Shown: in pieces, positions 17,296 through 26,826 of the stretch | Layout: each line of letters begins with the position of its first letter | Numbering within the stretch: position 1 is the stretch's first letter | DNA from: an uncultured Myxococcales bacterium | GTDB lineage: Bacteria; Myxococcota_A; Polyangia; HGW-17; SLPX01 | Direction: 5' to 3' | DNA length: 64,000 nt | NCBI GenBank assembly: GCA_964539505.1 | Contig: CAZIJS010000003.1 | Span: 305-64,304 of the forward strand | Translations under genes and position numbers: made by a program | Notes under the pieces: model-generated | Database searches by the model: none | Told to the model about the DNA's origin: nothing | Seen by the model: only the letters and a program-made list of their open reading frames with translations

Positions 17296-18213
17296 ATGAA
17301 GAACGGCAGTACAGCAAGACAGGACGGTCAGAAGCAGCAACGAGCAACGGCGGACGAACCGCCCGGCGCTGACAGGATGGCTTTGTGTGCCGGCCCTTTG
17401 GTGCGACGGGCGAAGACCGCGGGATTGGTGATCCCTGCAGTCCTTCTGTTCTGGTCGCCGGACCTGCTCGCGAGACGAACCAGGCGCAAGAGGGGATACC
17501 AAGCGTCTTGGTCTGTCAGAACGGCTGGGATTGGTGGTCGGGATGCATCCAGGAGAAGGCAGGGTGCCCGGAAAATGCCTGCGACGGATCGTTTTGGCAA
17601 GGCCTCCAGAAACATGGAGAGAAAGCGTCGTCAGATCTCTGCCGCCGAAGCCGCAAGGCGGGCCAGAGTGGCGGCCAGGGCCGTGTCTCGGGCCCTGGCC
17701 CGATTCGACTGGGAGCCTTCGGTGCGCGAGGTGCAGCGCAAGGCATTGGCGTTTGCCAGGCTCCACAAACCCGGTATCACCAAGTCCAGGATCCGTGGTG
17801 CCGCCGCCCTTCCCGAGTTGCGGATCGGCGTGGATCTCGGTCGGCTCCAGACATCCACGTCACGCCGGGAGGTGGGCAGTCCCGTCCGGCTCACCGATCG
17901 AATGGATGCCGACCGGACATGGACGGTGGAGGCCAGATGGCGCTTGCATCGCTTGATCTTTGATCCAAACGAGCTTAAGCTCCAATCGGCGCAGTTGCGA
18001 AGAGGTGAATTGCGAGACGAACTTTTGGCTCATGTCACGCGACTCTATTTTCTGCGCCGGCGCCTCCAGGCCTTGGAGGTTCTTCAGCCGGCCAGGACCT
18101 TGCGCACTGCTCTGGCTCGACGCCTGTCCATACAGCGATTGACAGGCGAATTGGATGGCTTGACCGGTGGTTGGTTTTCAGCAAGGCTCCGCAAGCGCGA
18201 GTCTCGCAAGTGA
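17296..18213 (+). CDS. Hypothetical Arg-rich protein with a TolC/OEP-like helical segment
   Basis: 305-aa ORF with a TAGGAGGA RBS before the ATG. The C-terminal half (WTVEARWRLHRLIFDPNELKLQSAQLRRGELRDELLAHVTRLYF) resembles outer-membrane-efflux repeat helices. The functional call is weak. Confidence 0.5.
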   Translation: MKNGSTARQDGQKQQRATADEPPGADRMALCAGPLVRRAKTAGLVIPAVLLFWSPDLLARRTRRKRGYQASWSVRTAGIGGRDASRRRQGARKMPATDRFGKASRNMERKRRQISAAEAARRARVAARAVSRALARFDWEPSVREVQRKALAFARLHKPGITKSRIRGAAALPELRIGVDLGRLQTSTSRREVGSPVRLTDRMDADRTWTVEARWRLHRLIFDPNELKLQSAQLRRGELRDELLAHVTRLYFLRRRLQALEVLQPARTLRTALARRLSIQRLTGELDGLTGGWFSARLRKRESRK

Positions 18214-18241
18214 GCCTGGGCCGGTAGAGAGGGAGCGGATC

Positions 18242-18667
18242 ATGGCCCCAAAAGGCCGCTACTCAACACCTCGTGCCCACCCACGATTTGCCCTGGAGAT
18301 GAATGCCAGGGTGACCACGGAAATGGGGCGCTACCGGGCCAGGACTCATGACCTGAGTCGGGGAGGTGTTTCGATCTACCTTCCGTTCCCGTTGGACGTG
18401 GGCGCGACCTTCAGCCTGGATTTGATCCTGATGTTTGGAGAAAACGCCCAGTCCGAGCCCTTGACCCTGGCGGCGCAGGTGGTTTGGTGTACCCACAAAG
18501 CAGAGGGCTACCAGGTGGGGGCTTCCTTTTTGACCATGGATGCCCAGACCCAGCAGTATCTCCAGATGTTTCTCAACTTTCTCTCCGAAGGGGTTTCATC
18601 GGATCCGTTGGAACGACAAGCCTTGGACTCTGGGCCGGCCGAGGGCGCAAAATGGTATGGTGATTGA
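18242..18667 (+). CDS. Single-domain PilZ protein
   Basis: RxxxR (RAHPR) and D/NxSxxG (DLSRGG) motifs. I take the start at MAPKGRY behind a GGGAG-type RBS. The track ORF begins at 18167. Confidence 0.75.
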   Translation: MAPKGRYSTPRAHPRFALEMNARVTTEMGRYRARTHDLSRGGVSIYLPFPLDVGATFSLDLILMFGENAQSEPLTLAAQVVWCTHKAEGYQVGASFLTMDAQTQQYLQMFLNFLSEGVSSDPLERQALDSGPAEGAKWYGD

Positions 18668-18763
18668 CGGCGGGTCCATGCACGGAGACAGTCGCATACT
18701 TGCGCCGAGCGAGTCGGGGCACCGGGCGGCAGAAAGTGGTTCGACGAGTCGAGAAGAGAGGCA

Positions 18764-19108
18764 ATGCAGCGAGAACAACGAAGATATCCCAGATACGACG
18801 TCCGAATCGGTGCTGAAGTGCAGACAGCGGACAAGGCAGTCACTTGCACAACGAAAAACTTGAGCCTGGGCGGGGTGGCCCTGGACCTGGATCGCGCCCT
18901 TCCAGAAGGCCGTCCAGTCCTGGTGACCCTCTTCGTGGTGGTCGACGACATCGAGGACCTGGCCACCAGGCCTGTGGAGGTGTCGGGGACCCTGGTGTGG
19001 TGTCGCCAGGTGGGGCCCGAGCGGTTCGAGGCCGGGATTCGGTTCGATCCGTTGGCTGAGGGGCCCAGGGGCTCTTTGCAGCAATTGCTGTCTGTTGGGT
19101 CGCGGTGA
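18764..19108 (+). CDS. Single-domain PilZ protein
   Basis: 114 aa with RRYPR (RxxxR) and NLSLGG (NxSxxG). Confidence 0.8.
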   Translation: MQREQRRYPRYDVRIGAEVQTADKAVTCTTKNLSLGGVALDLDRALPEGRPVLVTLFVVVDDIEDLATRPVEVSGTLVWCRQVGPERFEAGIRFDPLAEGPRGSLQQLLSVGSR

Positions 19109-19121
19109 AAGGGGTCGGGTG

Positions 19122-20492
19122 ATGCGGCGTTTTTTGTGGATCGTGTTGGCGGGATGCCTGGTCACATCACAGGCCAAGGCCAAGGAAACTTGGAGTCTGG
19201 TCTATTCGAAGCCGGGCCAGGACAATGCAGTGTATGCGCTCTGGGCGGTGGACGGGAGCCATGCTTGGGCCTTGGGGGTGGATTCCAGCGGCGGCAGCTC
19301 CAGGCCCTTCGGAGTGCGCACATCCAACGGGGCATCTTGGGCGGATATGATTCTTCCTGCCGGCGGGGGCGGCCAGTTTGACCTGACCATGTTTCTCATG
19401 GTGGCCTTTGCCGACGAGAACCATGGCTGGCTCTATGGGAGTCACGTTTCGATGAGCGGAGCCGATCCTTTGCTCTATGAGACCACCGACGGAGGTGGCT
19501 CCTGGACCGAAGTGACGGCTCCGAGCAAGGGATTCGAAGACCTCCAGGCCCTGCCGTCGGGCCAGGTCTACGGGGTCGGTGAGTCCATGGTTTTCATTGG
19601 TGACGCAGGTTCGTACCAGGAAGTCACCGCGCCGGTGCCCTCGGGCATGCACCTGGCCTCCATTTTCATGCTCAATTCCCAGTGCGGTGCAGCCCTGGCT
19701 GTTTCCGACGAGGACAGCGGGCAGGAGACAGGGGCGCTTTTGTGGACCTCGGACGGTGGCGGCTCTTGGGCCGTGCGCAACCAGGACCTGGGATTTTTGC
19801 CCCACCGGGTCTTTTTCGTGGATGGGCAGAAGGGCTGGCTTGCAGGCGAAGTCGGCGGGGCCGGGTTGTTGGCCTGGACCGAGGATGGGGGGCAGACCTG
19901 GACGCAAGTTATGGCGCCCGACCACCCGGCGGTCATGGGCAATGAGACGGCGCCGGTGACGAGTTGTGTGGGAGTGCGTTTCTTCGATGACCAGAGGGGC
20001 GTTGGGCTCTGTTTGTCTTGCACTGCAAACTGCGACGATCAAAGTGAGGGCAGCCCTTCGTACCTCACAGTCTTTTTGCGCAGCAACGACGCGGGGCGGA
20101 CCTGGACCATGGATCCCGACTACGAGCCCCAGATGACGGCACCTCCCTTCGGTGACATGGTCAAGTATTCCGGGTTGATGGTTTTGGCGTTTCCCGATCC
20201 GAACCATGGGTTTCTGGCAGGGCAAAATGCCCTGATCCTGCGCTACGAGGCTGCGCAGCCCGAGTCGGATGGTTGGAGCGAGTTTTCCTGTGATTCGAGC
20301 AATTCCAACACGAATTCCAATGGCAACGACAACTCCAACAACTCTTCGAACACCAACAATGGTTCGGGCATGGACGATGGGGGCACGGAACTCCAGGGCT
20401 GTGGTTGCCGGTCCCAAGGGCCGGCCGGCCCGCTCGGCCTGTTTGCCGTTTTGTTTGGTTTGGCCCTGATGCTCCACCGACGCCGGGTCTGA
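19122..20492 (+). CDS. Secreted BNR/Asp-box repeat (beta-propeller, Ycf48/sialidase-like) protein with a MYXO-CTERM-like tail
   Basis: Signal peptide MRRFLWIVLAGCLVTSQAKA. Asp-boxes: TTDGGGSWTEV, TSDGGGSWAV, TEDGGQTWTQV, SNDAGRTWTM. Tail: GCGCRSQGPAGPLGLFAVLFGLALMLHRRRV. Confidence 0.8.
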   Translation: MRRFLWIVLAGCLVTSQAKAKETWSLVYSKPGQDNAVYALWAVDGSHAWALGVDSSGGSSRPFGVRTSNGASWADMILPAGGGGQFDLTMFLMVAFADENHGWLYGSHVSMSGADPLLYETTDGGGSWTEVTAPSKGFEDLQALPSGQVYGVGESMVFIGDAGSYQEVTAPVPSGMHLASIFMLNSQCGAALAVSDEDSGQETGALLWTSDGGGSWAVRNQDLGFLPHRVFFVDGQKGWLAGEVGGAGLLAWTEDGGQTWTQVMAPDHPAVMGNETAPVTSCVGVRFFDDQRGVGLCLSCTANCDDQSEGSPSYLTVFLRSNDAGRTWTMDPDYEPQMTAPPFGDMVKYSGLMVLAFPDPNHGFLAGQNALILRYEAAQPESDGWSEFSCDSSNSNTNSNGNDNSNNSSNTNNGSGMDDGGTELQGCGCRSQGPAGPLGLFAVLFGLALMLHRRRV

Positions 20493-20522
20493 AACCCGCT
20501 ATCCAAAAGAAAGATTGCCGCC

Positions 20523-21641
20523 ATGGCTTGGACGACCCGCGGGCAGGCCCAGGGCCCGGAGAACCTGGCTGCGCGACAGACCACCAGGAGACTGCTCCTG
20601 GGCGGGCTGCCCGTGGGGGCTGGTGCCCCTGTTTCCGTCCAGTCCATGGTCCGCAGTGGACTCGCTGACAGCGACGCCGTCCTGGAAGAAATCCAACGCC
20701 TTGCCGGGATTGGCTGTCAGGTCATCCGTGTGGCCCTGGTGGACGACAGCCAGCTCGACGCTTTGGCCAGGGTGGCAAAATCTTCGGTTTTGCCCCTGGT
20801 GGCTGACGTGCACTACCCCTTTCGCCTGGCCCTTGCCGCCTTGGAGATGGGCGCTCATGGGGTGCGGGTCAATCCCCTCGTCCCCTGGGACAAGCATCTG
20901 CTGCGCGATGTGGCTCGCCTGGCCGAAGAGCGTCGGGCCGTGATCCGGGTGGGGATCAATGCAGGGCGTTGGCCTTCGGACCTCCCCTTGACGCCCCAGG
21001 CGCTTGTGGATCGGGTCCTGGAGAGGGCAGACATGTTGGCCCAACGAGGGGCCGACCAAATCAAGTGTTCGGTCAAGAGTTCCGATCCGGCCATGACTTT
21101 GCAGGCCAATCGTCTCTTGGCCCGGCAAGGTCCCTGGCCGATTCACCTGGGCCTTACAGAAGCAGGTCCCGGTCTGGCCGGGGCTGCGAGGTCGGCCGCG
21201 GTCATGGGGCGGATTCTTTCCGAGGGGATCGGTGACACCATCCGCGTTTCTCTGTCCGGCCCGGCATGCGACGAAGTGGTGGCGGCCAGGGAGATTCTCC
21301 GGGCCCTGGGGCTGTTGCATCGAGGGGCTCTGGTGGTGTCTTGTCCGGGGTGCGGACGGTCCCATGCAGATGTGGCCGAGGCGGCCCTGTTCGTGCAGCG
21401 GGCCCTGGCTGGGGTCGAAGAGCCGATCACCGTGGCGGTCATGGGCTGTGAGATCAATGGTCCCGGAGAGGCTGCCGGAGCCGATGTCGGAATTGCCGCC
21501 ACGAGCAAGGGCTGGCAGCTCTTTTCCCAGGGCAGCAACAGGGGGGCTCTTTCCTGGGAGGAAGGCCCCAGACGCTTGGTGGCCTTGGCGCTGGAGGCGA
21601 CCCGAATCCAGAACCACTCCACAGGGGAGGAGAACCAGTAG
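20523..21641 (+). CDS. ispG: 4-hydroxy-3-methylbut-2-en-1-yl diphosphate synthase
   Basis: 372 aa. Motifs: PVSVQSM, VIRVAL, ADVHY, RVNP, VSCPGCGR, GCEINGPGEA. Confidence 0.93.
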   Translation: MAWTTRGQAQGPENLAARQTTRRLLLGGLPVGAGAPVSVQSMVRSGLADSDAVLEEIQRLAGIGCQVIRVALVDDSQLDALARVAKSSVLPLVADVHYPFRLALAALEMGAHGVRVNPLVPWDKHLLRDVARLAEERRAVIRVGINAGRWPSDLPLTPQALVDRVLERADMLAQRGADQIKCSVKSSDPAMTLQANRLLARQGPWPIHLGLTEAGPGLAGAARSAAVMGRILSEGIGDTIRVSLSGPACDEVVAAREILRALGLLHRGALVVSCPGCGRSHADVAEAALFVQRALAGVEEPITVAVMGCEINGPGEAAGADVGIAATSKGWQLFSQGSNRGALSWEEGPRRLVALALEATRIQNHSTGEENQ

Positions 21642-21726
21642 GCACCGAATCCGGGGCAGGGTTGAGCAGGTGGGGCCGCATGGGTGGTGTCAACGGAAAG
21701 CCGCGTTTGTGCGAAAGAAGCGCTGG

Positions 21727-22569
21727 TCAATAGTAGAGAAGTTTGTCGATGTTTCTGCGTTCCCAGGTCCTTGCGCGGTCATAGTGGGGAAAGGATTGTT
21801 CCTTGGCCCGAAATTCCGGGGTGTGGAACCGGCGCTTTCCATTGACCACGGGCATGGGGAATATGTGATGGAGCATCTCGTGGTACACCACGAGTTCGAT
21901 GAAAAAACGGGGTACGAAGGGCCGATCCAAGGCCGGATGGATTCGAATGAGCTGGTCTTCGACCGAGTAGGATCCCATCTTGAGGCTTCGATGCTTTTTG
22001 GGCCGGCGCCGGGAACGTTTGCCCCAGGTGATGGCGATATCGAGCGTGCCGTCGAAGTAGCGATGGTTCAAACCGTCGAAGATTTCCTTGAGGTTCCAGA
22101 CGTCACCTTTGGGGTTGAGTACGGGCTGGTTCCTCTTGCGCTGCGGGCTTTGCTTGATGCGATCTTTGTGGAATTCAATGTATTCGTTGAGCAATGCCGA
22201 GGCTCCCGGGTCTTTTCCCATGGCATAGCGGGCCAGGGCCCGGATGATTCGAGGCTCGGCATCCAGGAACATGTGATGCACGCGGAGCCGGTAGCGTCCA
22301 GCCTTGCGTTGCACCGAAATGAGGGTGCAGCGATTGTCCGTGACCACGAGGTCCAGCTCTCCGTCCAGGTGGGCGGCAATGCGTCTTCGGAGCCGATCCT
22401 GGGCCGCCGGGTCGTCGGGTTTGTGGAGTGGGAGGATGGCCTGCGGAACCATCTGGACCGCTCGCCTCGATGGCTTGGATCGACGCTTGGTACGCAGTCC
22501 CGATGTACGACCCGCGGCATCGGACCCGGCAAAAGGAAAGGTTGTCTGTTTCATTCGATTCTTTGCCAT
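21727..22569 (-). CDS. HExxH zinc metallopeptidase-like protein (SprT/DUF45-like)
   Basis: 280 aa. The motif VVYHEMLHH is followed by H..EF....FP.Y..A..W, as in DUF45/YgjP-type proteins. Confidence 0.65.
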   Translation of the reverse strand: MAKNRMKQTTFPFAGSDAAGRTSGLRTKRRSKPSRRAVQMVPQAILPLHKPDDPAAQDRLRRRIAAHLDGELDLVVTDNRCTLISVQRKAGRYRLRVHHMFLDAEPRIIRALARYAMGKDPGASALLNEYIEFHKDRIKQSPQRKRNQPVLNPKGDVWNLKEIFDGLNHRYFDGTLDIAITWGKRSRRRPKKHRSLKMGSYSVEDQLIRIHPALDRPFVPRFFIELVVYHEMLHHIFPMPVVNGKRRFHTPEFRAKEQSFPHYDRARTWERRNIDKLLYY

Positions 22570-22901
22570 CTCCAGAGAATACGGCTTCGTGGCTCAGGTC
22601 TCATGGTCGGCACTGTGGCGAAGACCTGGCCGGCTGTCCAATTTCTCGATCGAACCCGGCGCGGCGAGATCCGGTCCTTGACGCCCTTCGAGCGAGACAA
22701 AGAAAGTATAGCCCTTGTGGGTGTATGTGGCAAATTTGCGCACCTTTTGGCGGGCTGGCTAGCGACAGCATTTAACTCTTGGCATAATCCCTGTGATGGC
22801 TCGATCACTTGTGGTGTGTTCGCGGGGCTTGACGAAAGAGCAGACCAGATCCTAAAGTCTCGTGTCTGCTGTCGGTGGACGGTTTACATCGGGAGGTTTT
22901 C

Positions 22902-23960
22902 ATGTCGATTGAAGGGAATGGGATGAAAGCGCTGGCAGAGGAGACGGTTTGGGCGTTGTCGGTCCTGGTCCTGGGGCTGATGGGGATGGGCTGTTCGGAC
23001 GATACCACATCGGGAAGTCCGGACGCTGCGCGGGACGTTGGGATTGTTTTGGATGGAGCCATGGACGCAGGCCCGACAGCCGATGCTGCGGACGATCAGG
23101 ACGCAGGGCGGCTCGGCGATGCGGCAGCACCTTCGGATGGAGGGGGCCAGGATGCCGGGGGCGGCGAATGCGACAACTGGCAGCAGCGCCATCCGGAATG
23201 GATTTTTTGTGATGACTTCGAGAGTCACGAACCCCTGGTGGGGCCGGGGCGCTACTTCGAATACGACGATGACGACGGTGACTGTCATGTCGAAGATGGT
23301 GTGGGGGTCGGTGGCAGCCGCGGTCTGAGTATTCTGTGGCAGGCAGGAGAAGTGCAGGCCGGGGGCCTGAAACTGGCTTTCGGGAGAAATCCACAGGGTT
23401 ATATGGACAAAGGCATCCGGTCCAATACGGATTTTCGAGAAATCTATTATCGGATGTACCTGCGCAACCAGCCCGGTTGGCAGGGTAGCCCCGCCAAGTT
23501 GTCGCGGGCCACGGTTTTCGTTTCGTCGAGTGACTGGTCGCAGGCCATGATCGCGCATTTGTGGAGCCACGGTGACGTCTTGCTCATCGATCCGGCCAGT
23601 TGCGTGGATGCCAACGGGAATGTCATGTGCCAGGGCTACAACGACTTCGACCATCTCGACTGGCTGGGAAACCAGGACGGATCGACGCCCATCTTTGCTA
23701 CGGACCACTCGGGGATTTGGTACTGCATCGAGGCCCACGTCAAGCTCAACGATCCCGGTCAGTCCAACGGCGTGCAGGAGTTTTGGATCGATGGTCACTT
23801 GGAGGCCAGGCGGGAGAATCTGAACTTCGTGGGCACATACAACGACTATGCTCTCAACGCGGTGTTTTTCGAAAATTACTGGAACGATGGTTCACCGGTG
23901 GAGCAGGGCCGCACTTTCGACAACATCGTGGTCTCCACCGAACGCATCGGTTGCCTGTAG
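22902..23960 (+). CDS. Secreted lipoprotein, possibly with a concanavalin-like polysaccharide-lyase/hydrolase fold
   Basis: GGGAGG RBS before the ATG at 22902. Lipobox LMGMGC, followed by an acidic low-complexity linker. The C-terminal pattern FWIDGHL...AVFFENYWNDG...FDNIVVS suggests the fold. The functional call is weak. Confidence 0.55.
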   Translation: MSIEGNGMKALAEETVWALSVLVLGLMGMGCSDDTTSGSPDAARDVGIVLDGAMDAGPTADAADDQDAGRLGDAAAPSDGGGQDAGGGECDNWQQRHPEWIFCDDFESHEPLVGPGRYFEYDDDDGDCHVEDGVGVGGSRGLSILWQAGEVQAGGLKLAFGRNPQGYMDKGIRSNTDFREIYYRMYLRNQPGWQGSPAKLSRATVFVSSSDWSQAMIAHLWSHGDVLLIDPASCVDANGNVMCQGYNDFDHLDWLGNQDGSTPIFATDHSGIWYCIEAHVKLNDPGQSNGVQEFWIDGHLEARRENLNFVGTYNDYALNAVFFENYWNDGSPVEQGRTFDNIVVSTERIGCL

Positions 23961-24146
23961 GGCCTCGAAGGTTCATGCTTCGTCCGTGGCGGCTTCGATC
24001 CGCTCCGACGCGGTGATCCTGGGGGGGCTGGCGATGGGCCTGGTCGGTCTGGTTTTCTTGCGCCACTGGTCCCTGCCCTGGTATGTAGAGGGTCCGTCGT
24101 CGAGACCGATCTCTGGAACGTCTCGACCATGAGGTGAGGAGACGAG

Positions 24147-25079
24147 ATGAAAAGGCTCTTTGCGTTGCTGGTGGTTTGGGGGCTGCTCATGACAGGGGCT
24201 GGGCCTGCTGGGGCCCAGGAGGAGTCCACGGTTCGTGGGCTTGGAATGGGAAACGCCCTGACCGCGTCTGCCGCCGGTTCCGGCGCCCTGTTCTACAATC
24301 CAGCCGGGCTGAGCACGGTTCGTGCCTACACGGTGGAGACGTTCTACCAGTTTGCCGTTCAGCGCCAGGGGCACCTGGCTCATGCCTCTGTGGTGGATTC
24401 CATCACTTCGAAATGGGTCCATGCCGGGCTTTTTTACGACTATTTCCGTTCGCGCCCAGAAGTTTTCGAACCAGCAGTAGGGCGATCCGTCCGGCTCAGA
24501 AAGCAGCGACACGAGACAGGATTGGCCCTCTCCGTTCCCTTTGCCAACATGGTCAGTCTGGGAGTTTCCATCCGTTATCTCCATCTCGAAACCCTGTCCC
24601 GGGCTCCCAGTGACGAAGATCCTTCCGAGGCCGTGGATGCCACGGTTGAAAAGAAAGACACCGTGGGCTTAGATGCCGGTGCCCACGTGAGTTTCGGAGG
24701 GGGATTCGCCTTGGGGGTGGCGGGACGAAATCTCGTGCCCACCCATTCCATCGATGCGCCCATGACCTTGTCGGTGGGTGCGGCCTATGCTTACCATCGC
24801 CTGTTTCTCGTCACCTCCGATTTGGTGTTGGATTTCAATACGCCCGAACGCAGGCAGATGGTGGGGGTTCGGGCCGGGGCGGAGTTCTTCATCAAGGGCA
24901 TGTTCGCCTTGCGGGCAGGCACCTGGTACGATGGCTGGCCCCAGTCGGTCTATGTGACTGGCGGGTTTGCTTATGTCTCTCCCAAGGTTTCCGTGGAGTT
25001 GGGGTTGGCCCAGCAGGCCGATGGCGGGATCGAGACCCAGTTCGGTTTATCTGTGCGTTTGTTTTTCAACCAGATGTGA
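24147..25079 (+). CDS. Outer-membrane beta-barrel protein
   Basis: Signal peptide MKRLFALLVVWGLLMTGAGPAGA. It has GMGNA...LFYNPAGL near the N-terminus, alternating hydrophobic strands and an aromatic-rich C-terminus. Confidence 0.65.
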   Translation: MKRLFALLVVWGLLMTGAGPAGAQEESTVRGLGMGNALTASAAGSGALFYNPAGLSTVRAYTVETFYQFAVQRQGHLAHASVVDSITSKWVHAGLFYDYFRSRPEVFEPAVGRSVRLRKQRHETGLALSVPFANMVSLGVSIRYLHLETLSRAPSDEDPSEAVDATVEKKDTVGLDAGAHVSFGGGFALGVAGRNLVPTHSIDAPMTLSVGAAYAYHRLFLVTSDLVLDFNTPERRQMVGVRAGAEFFIKGMFALRAGTWYDGWPQSVYVTGGFAYVSPKVSVELGLAQQADGGIETQFGLSVRLFFNQM

Positions 25080-25705
25080 TCGCCATGAAGCGATCGTCCA
25101 GGCACAGTGCTCGGGCCCAGGAGGAAGTCGAACTCGTCGAGCGGCTCAAGAAAGGTGACGAGGCGGCGTTTGCTGAAGTGGTCCGGCGCCACCAGGACCG
25201 CATCTTCAGTCTCGTCTATCGCATGGTTTCCAATCCCCAAGAGGCCGAAGACGTGGCCCAGGACGTGTTTATCTCTTTTTACACGTCCATCGAGAGTTTT
25301 CGCGGAGATTGCAGTCTGAGCACATGGCTCTATCGGATAGCAGTCAATCAGAGCAGAAATCGGCTCAAGTATCTCAAGATTCGTCGCGAGCACCGAGACT
25401 CCAGCTTTCACGAACGGCAGCAGCGGGGCATCGAGGAGAAGGAGACCCTGGCTGGGGCGAGTTTTCAGGCCCATGTGCCCAGGCCGGACCATCTCGCGGC
25501 AGGCCGGGAACTCGAGCGCATCGTGGCCGGAGCGCTTGATGCACTCCCGCCCGATCAGCGTTCCCTTATCGTGTGTCGAGACATCGAGGGGTTGTCGTAC
25601 CAGGAAATGGTCGAAATCTTCGACCTGCCCCTTGGCACCCTCAAGTCCCGGCTTCACAGGGCCCGGTTGGCCCTCAAGGACGAGGTGAGCCGCCGCTGGA
25701 AGTGA
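25076..25705 (+). CDS. ECF-type RNA polymerase sigma-70 factor
   Basis: Region 2: IFSLVYRMVSNPQEAEDVAQDVFISFY, STWLYRIAVN. Region 4: LPPDQRSLIVCRDIEGLSYQEMVEIFDLPLGTLKSRLHRAR. The GTG at 25076 overlaps the upstream stop. The ATG at 25085 is an alternative start. Confidence 0.9.
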   Translation: MIAMKRSSRHSARAQEEVELVERLKKGDEAAFAEVVRRHQDRIFSLVYRMVSNPQEAEDVAQDVFISFYTSIESFRGDCSLSTWLYRIAVNQSRNRLKYLKIRREHRDSSFHERQQRGIEEKETLAGASFQAHVPRPDHLAAGRELERIVAGALDALPPDQRSLIVCRDIEGLSYQEMVEIFDLPLGTLKSRLHRARLALKDEVSRRWK

Positions 25706-25730
25706 GGCGCGCGGCCCGACAGGATGGACC

Positions 25731-26267
25731 ATGACTCACGAACAGGTCAGAGAGCGACTCAGTGACTACATCGAAGGATCGCTGTCTGAAGAAGAACATG
25801 GCCTGGTGGAGGAACATCTGACCACCTGCGATTCCTGCCGGGCCGAACTCGATGCGCTGGAAAAGACGCTCTCCATGCTCTCTTCTCTGGCCCCGCTGCA
25901 GGCGCCCGAGGGTTTCGCTTCTTCGGTACGCTACAAGATGCGGCGTCGTGGGCGCAGGCAGCGGCGCACAGAGGTCTCCCACGGACTGCGTCAAAAAGTG
26001 CCCTACGAGACCACGGCCGTGATCATGCTCTTCATCGTCATGGCCATCTATCTCATGCTCTTCATTTTTCGCAGCCTGGATTTCGAGTTCGAGCCGTCTC
26101 CACCCAAAGAAGCGGTCCCCAGCAGGCCGCAACCTCGGCCCATGTCGCCTGGCCGTAATCCGCCGACTCGAGGCGCTCGCGCGCCGCGCGGGCCTCTCCC
26201 TGACACCACGATCGCGCCTTCTCGATCCATGGCCGTGGAACGCAGCAGGCCGGTTCCTTCCAGATAG
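25731..26267 (+). CDS. Anti-sigma factor (zf-HC2 type) with one TM helix
   Basis: H-x3-C-x2-C motif (EEHLTTCDSCRAEL). It lies directly downstream of the ECF sigma gene. TM helix: TTAVIMLFIVMAIYLMLFIF. Confidence 0.8.
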   Translation: MTHEQVRERLSDYIEGSLSEEEHGLVEEHLTTCDSCRAELDALEKTLSMLSSLAPLQAPEGFASSVRYKMRRRGRRQRRTEVSHGLRQKVPYETTAVIMLFIVMAIYLMLFIFRSLDFEFEPSPPKEAVPSRPQPRPMSPGRNPPTRGARAPRGPLPDTTIAPSRSMAVERSRPVPSR

Positions 26268-26311
26268 AGCCCCCCTGTGAGGATGTCTCCTGTGTTTTCT
26301 CTGGGGGTGGC

Positions 26312-26503
26312 TCAGAGAGGCTCGTTGTAGAAGAGCGTGATCGCGATGCAGTGGAATGCTTCGTCCGAAGATTGGGTGACCACCGTGTCTACGACCTCGA
26401 CCTGCGGGTGCTTTCTCAGCCAATGGGTGACCTTTTCGCCGAGCTGCTCCCGCTCCTGGGCCATGGTCGCACTGAACACTTTGACGCCGTTGAACTGTTT
26501 CAT
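26312..26503 (-). CDS. Small hypothetical protein (63 aa)
   Basis: Non-repetitive, balanced composition: MKQFNGVKVFSATMAQEREQLGEKVTHWLRKHPQVEVVDTVVTQSSDEAFHCIAITLFYNEPL. This is unlike the shadow ORFs around it. I recognised no family. Confidence 0.5.
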   Translation of the reverse strand: MKQFNGVKVFSATMAQEREQLGEKVTHWLRKHPQVEVVDTVVTQSSDEAFHCIAITLFYNEPL

Positions 26504-26826
26504 GCTGCCTCGACCTCCCTCGCGACCGCGTCTCGCGTGGCAACCCTCCTGTCTTCGTGCTGTTCAGGAGATGGTCGCTCGTTTCGTCGTTTCGCTACAA
26601 AAGCCATCCGACGTTTTTTCAAGCGAGGACTTTGTAACCGCGCGAAACAGGTAAGTCAATTCCCATGCTGAAAGGCATGCGGCGACTGTTTGCGTTTTTT
26701 GTGGCATGGACTAAAACGCCTTTCGTGCCCGGGCAGGGACCATGGGCTCTGCCGGCCGCGAGGTCTGTCGTGGCCGCCCCCGATTCTCGATGGTGGCGCT
26801 GGGTCGCACAGTGAGGAGTGGACTCC

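Noticed and set aside
26504-26826. A possible FMN riboswitch upstream of the RibA-like gene.
   Set aside because: I could not find the conserved RFN core blocks (GGGCGGGGUGAAAUUCC..., GAUGGGAGA-like 3' block) on the sense strand.
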